A DNA stretch of 32,000 nucleotides, from contig NC_014034.1 of assembly GCF_000021865.1 (NCBI RefSeq), positions 2,490,001 to 2,522,000 of the forward strand. The letters are read 5' to 3'. A program made the position numbers and the translations under genes. This document shows, piece by piece, positions 24,032-30,982 of this stretch (the stretch's first letter is position 1; every line of letters begins with the position of its first letter). The notes under the pieces were generated by a model. That model was given only the letters and a program-made list of their open reading frames with translations. It was not told the origin of the DNA and did no database searches. The stretch is from Rhodobacter capsulatus SB 1003 (lineage in GTDB: Bacteria; Pseudomonadota; Alphaproteobacteria; Rhodobacterales; Rhodobacteraceae).

Positions 24032-24055
24032 CGTATACGCGTATCGCGGTATATT
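24026..24055 (+). promoter_or_regulatory. sigma70-like promoter with an embedded 14-bp perfect palindrome (operator candidate)
   Basis: TTGACG (24026-31), 18 bp, then TATATT (24050-55). ACGCGTATACGCGT (24029-24042) overlaps the -35 and spacer. Sits 37 bp upstream of the RHH gene start. Confidence 0.6.
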
Positions 24056-24091
24056 GCGGGCAATGAGAACCTAGCCCCTAAAGGACACAAG

Positions 24092-24538
24092 ATGGCTTAC
24101 ATGTTGAGATTGCCCGACGAACGCGGCGCGCAACTGCGTCAAATCGCGGAAAAGAAGAACACGACCGTGAGTGAGCTGATCACCGATTACATCCGTTCGG
24201 AGATCAAAGCTGGCACCATTCCGAGCAACATCCCCGGTATCAATGTCGCCAAGGCGGGCGAAAGCATCGCCATTTCCGCGCCCGGCTTCGAGGCGAGCGT
24301 TCCGGCGCATAAAGGCCAGACCCTCGCGGACCTGCTGCGCAAATCCGCGGCCCTGACCCCCTCGGCCTTCGAGCACAAGAAGGAATGGCTCGAAGGCATC
24401 GCCGCTCTGAGCGGCATCAAGTTGAAACGCATGGGCGCAGGCGTGCGCATCGTGTCGCCGATCACAGGGGCAGAATACCCGCTCGCCTCTGGTGTGGCCG
24501 AAGACCTCGCGAGCGAAATCGAACGCGCTGCCAAATAA
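24092..24538 (+). CDS. ribbon-helix-helix (CopG/Arc-like) DNA-binding protein with a ~100-aa C-terminal extension
   Basis: The N-terminus MAYMLRLPDERGAQLRQIAEKKNTTVSELITDYIRSEI fits a beta-strand/helix/helix RHH pattern. AAGGA RBS 6 nt upstream of ATG 24092. Confidence 0.6.
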   Translation: MAYMLRLPDERGAQLRQIAEKKNTTVSELITDYIRSEIKAGTIPSNIPGINVAKAGESIAISAPGFEASVPAHKGQTLADLLRKSAALTPSAFEHKKEWLEGIAALSGIKLKRMGAGVRIVSPITGAEYPLASGVAEDLASEIERAAK

Positions 24539-24604
24539 GAACAGGGGCGAGCGCGGCAGCGCTCACCCCCTGAATGCGTCCCTCTATGACCTTCAAAAGA
24601 TACC

Positions 24605-25285
24605 ATGTGCGCTGACACTACCAAAGCCCCGACCCTGAGCTTGACCCCCTATGCTGGCCAATCTGACGAAGAGATTGCGGCGTGGTTTCGCTGGAAATAC
24701 CCCAAAGGCAAGACAGACAAATCTTCCGGGGCCTATGCGGCCGCACTCTACAAATCGCGACCGGGCCGCGACGATCCGGCCGCCGAAAATGACTGGTATA
24801 CCCGCCTCACCGAAGCGCAGCGTGCCATCCTGGACGACGCAAAGCGCGTGAAGGGCGCCGCAGCGGACGAAAAGAAGCGCATCGAGTTTCGGGACAAATA
24901 CAAGCTGAGCGACGAGGAAAGCCGCAAATACTGGGCGCTTCGTGACCTGCCACCCGTGGGCGGCAAGAGGGTGGAATGGGACCGGGCGCGGGATATGTTG
25001 CGAAGACGCAAGAGCGCCAAGCCTCGGCAGAACGAAGACCTCTCGAAAATGACACCCGCCGAGCGGGAGAAACACCGCCGCAAACAGAAGACCGAGGCCA
25101 AGCAACGCGAGCGCGCGCGGAAGAAAGCCGAAGAGGCGGCGGCGGCCCTCGGCGCCCCAGCCACCGCCGTTGCGTCAACTCAGGTCGCGCCGAGCGACGA
25201 AATCACCGCGTTGCTTGCAGTTCTCGAAGCGGCCGAGGCCGCCGAGATCGCCGCTGAGCGTGAAGAAATGGCCCGGAATAGCTAG
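24605..25285 (+). CDS. highly charged/basic hypothetical protein
   Basis: 226-aa ORF with a Lys/Arg/Glu-rich centre (RRRKSAKPRQ...REKHRRKQKTEAKQRERARKK). No family recognised; weak RBS. Confidence 0.5.
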   Translation: MCADTTKAPTLSLTPYAGQSDEEIAAWFRWKYPKGKTDKSSGAYAAALYKSRPGRDDPAAENDWYTRLTEAQRAILDDAKRVKGAAADEKKRIEFRDKYKLSDEESRKYWALRDLPPVGGKRVEWDRARDMLRRRKSAKPRQNEDLSKMTPAEREKHRRKQKTEAKQRERARKKAEEAAAALGAPATAVASTQVAPSDEITALLAVLEAAEAAEIAAEREEMARNS

Positions 25286-25323
25286 GTAGCCATATAGCTA
25301 AGTATTTGACAAAAAAGACTTCC

Positions 25324-25353
25324 TTGACGGCGAAATCCGATCGCGGCTAGATT
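25324..25353 (+). promoter_or_regulatory. sigma70-like promoter candidate
   Basis: TTGACG (25324-29), 18 bp, then TAGATT (25348-53), the same geometry as the 24026 promoter. An extra TTGACA lies at 25306-11, and a 7-bp hairpin CCGGGGG/CCCCCGG lies in the leader. Confidence 0.45.
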
Positions 25354-25385
25354 CCGGGGGTAAACCAACCCCCGGAGCATCACCA

Positions 25386-25547
25386 ATGCCGACTTTCATT
25401 GACGACAACGCTTACACCCGCCTTTTGTTTGATCTGCGCATGGCCGCGCGGGCCGCCGACTGGGAAACGGCCCTGACCGAAGTTCTCTGTGACGCAAACA
25501 TCCTGCCCGCTACGTGCCGAGGGGAGATTGAGATCACGGCTTCGTGA
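25386..25547 (+). CDS. small hypothetical protein (53 aa; below ORF-track cutoff)
   Basis: GGAG lies 9 nt upstream of ATG 25386. Translates MPTFIDDNAYTRLLFDLRMAARAADWETALTEVLCDANILPATCRGEIEITAS. Sits downstream of the 25324 promoter. Confidence 0.4.
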   Translation: MPTFIDDNAYTRLLFDLRMAARAADWETALTEVLCDANILPATCRGEIEITAS

Positions 25548-25575
25548 TCAATCCAGACAAACTTTCCTGTGGTCG

Positions 25576-25609
25576 CCGTTATCGTTTCCCCTTATGGAAA
25601 CGATAACGG
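25576..25609 (+). promoter_or_regulatory. perfect 14-bp-stem palindrome/hairpin upstream of the 170-aa ORF
   Basis: CCGTTATCGTTTCC-ccttat-GGAAACGATAACGG with no T tract after it. It is immediately followed by a GGAGAGAGAG RBS and ATG 25624. Confidence 0.6.
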
Positions 25610-25623
25610 AAGCGGAGAGAGAG

Positions 25624-26136
25624 ATGGCCAAGTCAAACGCTGAACGACTGCGCGCTTTCAAAGAGCGCAAGAAAGAGAAAGAGAAAGTCGCGAGCCTGAC
25701 CCTCGACGGTGTTTTCAAAACCCCGTTCTTCGAGACGCTGCCCCCTGACTACGATACAGAGTCGCAGTTCGCGGACAGCTTCGAGTTCATCGGCCTGCCG
25801 ACGCCGGTCTTCAATGACGACCTCGGGATTGAGCATCACACGCTCTACAGCGATGAATCCGCTGCCGAGCTGTTTGAACTGAACCGCCGCTCGCTCGGCC
25901 GTGCCGAGATGATGATCACAGCGCTGAACGAAGCCGCCGAAAACCTCGCGTTCTACGTCAATAAATACAAGCGCACCGAGATCAAAGCGCGCCTCGCCGA
26001 GATCGAAGCCTCCGATCTGTCAGACCCCGAAACGAAAAGAGCCGCGCTGAAAAACGCCGCGCGGCTGAACAAGATGCTCGAACAGCTTGATAAGCAGGTT
26101 CGGCTGACCTTTCCCCAGTGGAAGGTGACAGGCTGA
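25624..26136 (+). CDS. hypothetical protein
   Basis: 170 aa from ATG 25624 (strong GGAGAGAGAG RBS). Basic N-terminus (KSNAERLRAFKERKKEKEK) and helical C-terminus. No family recognised. Confidence 0.55.
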   Translation: MAKSNAERLRAFKERKKEKEKVASLTLDGVFKTPFFETLPPDYDTESQFADSFEFIGLPTPVFNDDLGIEHHTLYSDESAAELFELNRRSLGRAEMMITALNEAAENLAFYVNKYKRTEIKARLAEIEASDLSDPETKRAALKNAARLNKMLEQLDKQVRLTFPQWKVTG

Positions 26137-26245
26137 AAGCAGCCCTGAACCGTCAACCTGCGCCCGGTTCAGTAACGACAAGAGCGGTCAATCGACCAAA
26201 ACCGCCCGCTCTTGCCGTGTAGCAGACATAAAAGAGGAGACTGCT

Positions 26246-26638
26246 ATGAAAGCTCATAGCACGAATGCCGCTCACGCGGCCAACAAAAAAGCTTCCGGCT
26301 TTCAGCTGATCGAAGTTCTTCTTTACGGTATCGCCTGCATTCAGTCGCTGCCGAAAGAGCAACAAGAGCGCGAGAAGATGCTTGAGATGTGCAAGATCGC
26401 GCGGCTTAGAGATACACCGACGCTCGCCCTTACTCTCTGGGGTATCGAAACTCTCATCGGCCGCGAGATCGACCTTTGGCCTGCTGGCGGCGGCTTCCGC
26501 TTCGACGGCGCCTACTCCGACGAAGAGCTTGATCAAGAAGCCGCCGTCCGCGCTGAGATCAAACAGCGCAAAGAGCGGTTCGAAGAGACCGGCGCCCTGA
26601 TCGACGCGCCCCCCTCCGATGTGATCAGGTTCTTCTGA
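26246..26638 (+). CDS. hypothetical protein
   Basis: 130-aa ORF with a strong AGAGGAG RBS 6 nt upstream. A Rho-independent terminator follows. No family recognised. Confidence 0.55.
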   Translation: MKAHSTNAAHAANKKASGFQLIEVLLYGIACIQSLPKEQQEREKMLEMCKIARLRDTPTLALTLWGIETLIGREIDLWPAGGGFRFDGAYSDEELDQEAAVRAEIKQRKERFEETGALIDAPPSDVIRFF

Positions 26639-26676
26639 CGCGAAGCGACCGCTGCCCCATCAAGAACGATAGAGCC

Positions 26677-26703
26677 GGGCGAGGTGAAAACCTCGCCCGT
26701 TTT
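26677..26703 (+). terminator. Rho-independent terminator
   Basis: GGGCGAGG-tgaaaa-CCTCGCCC followed by GTTTT. Confidence 0.7.
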
Positions 26704-26737
26704 CATGTCACAGGCGAGTCGGCCCAACCGGAAAGCC

Positions 26738-26769
26738 CATGTGTTACACACGCCTGACTGTAACACATG
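26738..26769. promoter_or_regulatory. 11-bp perfect inverted repeat carrying two TGTAACACA motifs (candidate arm-type or regulator site next to attR)
   Basis: CATGTGTTACA-cacgcctgac-TGTAACACATG, 50-80 bp from the att core. Confidence 0.55.
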
Positions 26770-26818
26770 GCCGACTGAGCTGCCACCTAAGCCATTGAAT
26801 ATAAAGGGAAATTCGGAT

Positions 26819-26835
26819 TGGTCGGGGCGGCGAGA
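26819..26835. repeat. attR core (the 3' end of tRNA-Pro)
   Basis: TGGTCGGGGCGGCGAGA, identical to 9136-9152. Confidence 0.85.
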
Positions 26836-26895
26836 TTCGAACTCACGACCTTCTGTACCCAAAACAGACGCGCTACCAGGCTGCGCTACGCCCCG
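26819..26895 (-). tRNA. tRNA-Pro (anticodon UGG)
   Basis: The 77-nt reverse-strand sequence CGGGGCG-TA-GCGC-AGCCTGGTA-GCGC-G-TCTGT-TTTGGGT-ACAGA-AGGTC-GTGAG-TTCGAAT-CTCGC-CGCCCCG-A-CCA folds into a full cloverleaf. The anticodon loop gives TGG. Confidence 0.95.
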
Positions 26896-26942
26896 CTTCG
26901 CCTTCCATAGCGGCAGGCAGGGGCGCTGAAAAGGGGAAATGC

Positions 26943-27491
26943 CTAGTCGAGCGGCAGAACGCGCTGGCCGGGCCGCAGACCCAGCGCCGCCGCCTGCCCG
27001 CCCGCGATCTCGAGCACATAGCGCACCGGACCGGCCGACCAGATCGGCGTGTCGTCAAAGGGCCGGGCGTTTTCGTGCAAGGTCTCGATCCCGCCCCCGG
27101 CCTCGATGAACAGCATGTCCAGCGGCAGCGGCGTGTCATGCATCCAGAAGGCCACCCGCCGCGGCGTCGGATAGATGAAAATCATCCCGGTGCCGGGCGG
27201 CAGGTCCCGCCGCCCCATCAGGCCGCGTTCGCGTTCGGCCTCGGTATCGGCAATCTCGACGCTGAGCCGCACCGGCCCCTTTGCGCCCGCGATGCACAGG
27301 ACCGCCGGGCCCTGTTCCTGCAGCGCCGCCGCCAGCCCCGGCCGGTCGCAGTCGGCGCCCGAAGCCGCCCCGGCCCAAAGCGCCAGCGCCGTCAGCCCGA
27401 GCCCGCGCCTCAGCGCGCGCGCAGCGCCGCTTCCCAGCTTGTGATCTGCGCCGCCATCCGGCCGCGCCGCCCCTCGATCACCCGCAGACAT
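26943..27491 (-). CDS. DUF192 domain-containing protein (exported)
   Basis: ...LRRGLGLTALALWAGAASGA (signal-like)...VRLSVEIADTEAERERGLMGRRDLPPGTGMIFIY...FWMHDTPLPLDMLFI...VRYVLEIAGG, the DUF192/COG1430 pattern. Start is uncertain: ATG 27491 overlaps the csp gene by 82 nt and no nearer ATG or GTG exists. Confidence 0.7.
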   Translation of the reverse strand: MSAGDRGAARPDGGADHKLGSGAARALRRGLGLTALALWAGAASGADCDRPGLAAALQEQGPAVLCIAGAKGPVRLSVEIADTEAERERGLMGRRDLPPGTGMIFIYPTPRRVAFWMHDTPLPLDMLFIEAGGGIETLHENARPFDDTPIWSAGPVRYVLEIAGGQAAALGLRPGQRVLPLD

Positions 27492-27943
27492 ACCGCCTCT
27501 CCCGGCGCCAGATCGGCGAATCCCGAACGGCGCAGCACTTCGACATGGATGAACACATCTTCGGGCCTGCCGAAGACATTTGCAAAGCCAAAGCCCTTGC
27601 CCTTGTCGAACCACTTCACCCGCGCCGGTTCCAGCGGCAGCGCCGCGATCACCTCGGGGTCGGTCTCGCCCAGATCCTCGATCGGCGCCAGCCGGTTGTC
27701 GGTCTCGGGCGGCGAGATTTCCAGCACCTCGACCGCCTGCGCCCCGCGCGGCGTCGCCTGCACCAGAACCCGGATGCCCGCATTGTCGGCCACCGAGCTT
27801 TGTCCGAAATTGCGCAGCACATTGGCATGGAGAAGAATGTCCGGTCCGCCCTCGCCGTCGAGGATGAACCCGAACCCCTTGCCCGCGTCGAACCATTTCA
27901 CCCGACCCGCGACTTCACGCGCCGCGCCCGCTTCGTCAACCAT
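27410..27943 (-). CDS. cold-shock-domain protein with two tandem CSDs
   Basis: 177 aa with GRVKWFDAGKGFGFI and ARVKWFDKGKGFGFA, two RNP1-type CSD signatures. Confidence 0.85.
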   Translation of the reverse strand: MVDEAGAAREVAGRVKWFDAGKGFGFILDGEGGPDILLHANVLRNFGQSSVADNAGIRVLVQATPRGAQAVEVLEISPPETDNRLAPIEDLGETDPEVIAALPLEPARVKWFDKGKGFGFANVFGRPEDVFIHVEVLRRSGFADLAPGEAVCLRVIEGRRGRMAAQITSWEAALRAR

Positions 27944-28127
27944 CCGCTGCCGTCCATTTTCTGATGCGCCGGGACTGTGGACGTCCGCCAGAGCGCTGCT
28001 GATCAGTTGTCACAGGTTCGCAACCGGATTCAAGCTGATTTGGCTTGTCTTTTTGGGCAGTCTGCAGTTGGCGAAGCGTGAAATGCGGTCAATTTGAGCG
28101 GCATTCCGGGCTGACGCTACGTCAGGA

Positions 28128-28751
28128 TCAGGGGTTCAGCCGCAGGATCTGCCAGGCGGCCTCGGGCGTATCGCGGTGCCAGCGGAAGCGATCATGCAGC
28201 CGAAACGCCCCGTCAGCCCAGAATTCGATCTCGAGCGGCACGATCCGGAAGCCGCCCCAGAACGGCGGGCGCGTCGGCGCGGTGCCATGCGCGGCCGTCA
28301 CCTTGGCCACCTCGGCCATCAGCGCCGTGCGGGAAACAAGCGGTTCACTTTGCCGTGACGCCCAGGCGCCAAGCCGCGATTTCAGCGACCGCGAGGCATA
28401 ATAGGCATCCGCCTGCGCCCCCTCCTCGCGCGTGACCAGCCCGCGCACGCGGATCTGCCGACGCAGGCTTTTCCAGTGCAGCACGAAGGCGGCCTTGCCC
28501 GCGGCCGCGATCTCGGCCGACTTTGCAGAGCCGTAATTGGTGTAGAACAGGAACGCCCCGCCCGAGGGCGCATCCCGCCCCTCGATCTCTTTCAAAAGCA
28601 CCATGCGCACATTGGGCAGCCCCGCGGCATCGACGGTGGCCAGCGCGATCGCATTGGGGTCGTTCGGCTCGGTCTTTTCGGCCTCGGCCAGCCAGGATTG
28701 CGCCAGGGCAAAGGGATCCTCGCCCGCAAAGATGCCGGTTCTGTCGCTCAT
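28128..28751 (-). CDS. pdxH: pyridoxamine 5'-phosphate oxidase
   Basis: 207 aa: ...[23 protein letters not shown]...[13 protein letters not shown]...[13 protein letters not shown]...[18 protein letters not shown]...FWGGFRI.P..IEFW...RLHDR, the PdxH signature. ATG verified at 28749-28751. Confidence 0.9.
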   Translation of the reverse strand: MSDRTGIFAGEDPFALAQSWLAEAEKTEPNDPNAIALATVDAAGLPNVRMVLLKEIEGRDAPSGGAFLFYTNYGSAKSAEIAAAGKAAFVLHWKSLRRQIRVRGLVTREEGAQADAYYASRSLKSRLGAWASRQSEPLVSRTALMAEVAKVTAAHGTAPTRPPFWGGFRIVPLEIEFWADGAFRLHDRFRWHRDTPEAAWQILRLNP

Positions 28752-28876
28752 GTCCTGCCCTTTCCTTGAAGGATGCGACGCCAAGGCGCCGCTGCCCCGA
28801 CGTCAACCCGCCTTGCTGACTTTGCAATCTTCGCCTAAGGAAGGCGCACTTTCCAGAGGCAAGCAGGAGAATCCAG

Positions 28877-29698
28877 ATGACGGCAGGCTTGATGGCGGGA
28901 AAACGGGGCCTGATCATGGGGCTCGCCAATGACAAGTCGATCGCCTGGGGCATCGCCAAGGCGTTGGGCGATGCGGGCGCCGAACTGGCCTTCTCCTATC
29001 AGGGAGAGGCGCTGAAAAAGCGCGTCGAACCTCTGGCCGCAAGCCTTGGCACGCCGCTTCTGTTCGAATGCGACGTCGCGAACGAAGACAGCATGGATGC
29101 GCTCTTCGCGGGCCTCAAGGACGCCTGGGGGACGCTGGATTTCGTCGTCCATGCGATCGGGTTTTCGGACAAGAACGAGCTGCGCGGCCGTTATGTCGAC
29201 ACCTCGCGCGGCAACTTCACCATGACGATGGACATTTCGGTCTATTCCTTCACCGCCGTCTGCGCCCGCGCCGCCGCGATGATGCCGAACGGCGGTTCGT
29301 TGCTGACGCTGACCTATTACGGCGCCGAACAGGTGATGCCGCATTACAACGTGATGGGCGTGGCGAAAGCGGCGCTGGAAGCTTCGGTGAAATACATCGC
29401 CGAGGATCTGGGCAAGCTTGGCATCCGCTGCAACGCGATCTCGGCCGGGCCGATCAAGACGCTGGCCGCTTCGGGCATCGGCGATTTCCGCTACATCATG
29501 AAGTGGAACGAGCTGAACAGCCCGCTGCGCCGCAACGTGACCCAGGAAGAGGTCGGCAAGGCCGCGCTTTACCTGCTCTCGGATCTGGGCTCGGGCACCA
29601 CGGGCGAGAACCTGCATGTCGATGCGGGCTATCATGTTGTCGGCATGAAGGCGGTGGATGCGCCCGATATCGACGTGGTGACGGGGCGCAAGGACTGA
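28877..29698 (+). CDS. fabI: enoyl-[acyl-carrier-protein] reductase (NADH)
   Basis: 273 aa: GKRGLIMGLANDKSIAWGIAKAL...SFTA...LTYYGAE.V.PHYNVMGVAKAALE...NAISAGPIKTLAASGI, the FabI SDR signature. AGGAG RBS. Confidence 0.95.
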   Translation: MTAGLMAGKRGLIMGLANDKSIAWGIAKALGDAGAELAFSYQGEALKKRVEPLAASLGTPLLFECDVANEDSMDALFAGLKDAWGTLDFVVHAIGFSDKNELRGRYVDTSRGNFTMTMDISVYSFTAVCARAAAMMPNGGSLLTLTYYGAEQVMPHYNVMGVAKAALEASVKYIAEDLGKLGIRCNAISAGPIKTLAASGIGDFRYIMKWNELNSPLRRNVTQEEVGKAALYLLSDLGSGTTGENLHVDAGYHVVGMKAVDAPDIDVVTGRKD

Positions 29699-29699
29699 G

Positions 29700-30317
29700 A
29701 TGAGCTTCGCCGCCTTCTTCGGCATCTACATGATTTCGCTTGCGGCGGCGATCTCTCCGGGGCCTGCGGTGCTGCTCGCGGCCCGCACCTCGCTGCGCGA
29801 GGGCTTTGCCCGCGGCGCCTGGCTGGCCGTGGGCATCGGCCTTGGCGCCTGCATCTGGGCCGTGGCGGCGATGTTCGGGCTGGCGATCCTGTTCAGGATC
29901 GCCCCCACCCTGCTTGTCGCGCTGAAAGTCGCGGGGGCGGGCTATCTGCTTTATCTGGCCTGGAAGATGTGGCGCCATTCGGCCGAGCCGATGTCGATGG
30001 ATCTGCCCGAGGATGACGCGAAGCGCAGCGCGCTTGGCCAGGTCTGGCGCGGCATCGCGGCGCAGCTGGCGAATCCGAAACCGGCCGTCTTCTTCGGCAC
30101 GGTCTTCCTGACCTTCCTGCCGCCGGTGGTGCCCTTCTGGGCTTACGGCGTCATCTTGGGCATCATCTTCTTCAACGACACGGTCTGGAACGTGCTTGTC
30201 GCGCGGATCTTTTCGCTCGACCGGACGCGGGCCGCCTATCTGGGCTTGAAGACGCTGATCGACCGCATTTTCGGCGGGCTTCTGGGGCTGATGGGCCTGA
30301 AGCTTGCCCTGACCTGA
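29700..30317 (+). CDS. LysE/RhtB-family amino acid exporter
   Basis: 205 aa, multi-TM. The N-terminal [11 protein letters not shown] motif and ANPKPAVFF are typical of the LysE family. Confidence 0.8.
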   Translation: MSFAAFFGIYMISLAAAISPGPAVLLAARTSLREGFARGAWLAVGIGLGACIWAVAAMFGLAILFRIAPTLLVALKVAGAGYLLYLAWKMWRHSAEPMSMDLPEDDAKRSALGQVWRGIAAQLANPKPAVFFGTVFLTFLPPVVPFWAYGVILGIIFFNDTVWNVLVARIFSLDRTRAAYLGLKTLIDRIFGGLLGLMGLKLALT

Positions 30318-30327
30318 GGAGTCCTCC

Positions 30328-30834
30328 ATGGCCGAGCGTTTGCCGCATGAAAAAGGCTTTCACGTCAGCTGGGACCAGCTGCACCGCGATGCGCGGGCGC
30401 TGGCCTGGCGGCTCGATGGCAAGGGGCCGGACAATGGCGCCTGGAAAGCGATCGTCGGCATCACCCGCGGCGGCATGGTCCCCGCGGCGATCATCGCGCG
30501 CGAGCTGAACATCCGCATCATCGACACGATCTCGGTCAAGGGCTACAACCACCAGACCCAATCGGACCCGGTGGTGATCAAGGCGCCGCAGGACGATCTG
30601 ATGGGCGCCGATGGCGAGGGCATCCTGGTGATCGACGATCTGGTCGACTCGGGCCGGACGCTGGAACTGGTGCGCCGCCTTTACCCCAAGGCGCATTTCG
30701 CCACCGTCTATGCCAAGCCCAAGGGCCGCGAACAGGTCGATACCTTCATCACCGAAGTGTCGCAGGATACTTGGATCTTCTTTCCCTGGGACATGGCGCT
30801 GCAATACGTCCAGCCCTATCGCGGCACCGACTGA
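30328..30834 (+). CDS. gpt: xanthine-guanine phosphoribosyltransferase
   Basis: 168 aa: ...[16 protein letters not shown]...[25 protein letters not shown]...[13 protein letters not shown] (PRPP loop)...TWIFFPWD. Confidence 0.9.
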   Translation: MAERLPHEKGFHVSWDQLHRDARALAWRLDGKGPDNGAWKAIVGITRGGMVPAAIIARELNIRIIDTISVKGYNHQTQSDPVVIKAPQDDLMGADGEGILVIDDLVDSGRTLELVRRLYPKAHFATVYAKPKGREQVDTFITEVSQDTWIFFPWDMALQYVQPYRGTD

Positions 30835-30854
30835 GCCCCGCCCCGCCCGCGAAA

Positions 30855-30908
30855 GGGCGTATTTGGACCAAGAAAAAGCAGCCGGTTTTTTCTTGGCGCA
30901 AATACGCG
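30855..30908. repeat. palindromic intergenic repeat (two inverted type-2 arms)
   Basis: GCGTATTTGGACCAAGAAAAA-gcagccgg-TTTTTCTTGGCGCAAATACGC, between gpt and the aminotransferase gene. Confidence 0.85.
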
Positions 30909-30982
30909 CCCGCCGCAGGCGCCTCCCCTTGCCAAGGGCGCGGGCGAATGGAAGGGTGGCGCGACACTGACCGGAGGCCGCC

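Larger units (their letters stand above)
9136..26835. mobile_element. integrated phage-like island (satellite-like or defective HK97-type element) in the tRNA-Pro 3' end
   Basis: Bounded by a perfect 17-bp direct repeat (9136-9152 and 26819-26835). Contains an integrase, head/packaging genes, TAC, TMP and cargo genes, with lower-GC segments inside. Confidence 0.85.

Noticed and set aside
27492-27896. Upstream part of the 317-aa ORF 26943-27896 (minus strand)
   Set aside because: It is Gly/Arg/Ala-rich and lies out of frame over the two-CSD gene, which has unmistakable cold-shock motifs. Only the C-terminal ~180 aa show the DUF192 pattern.
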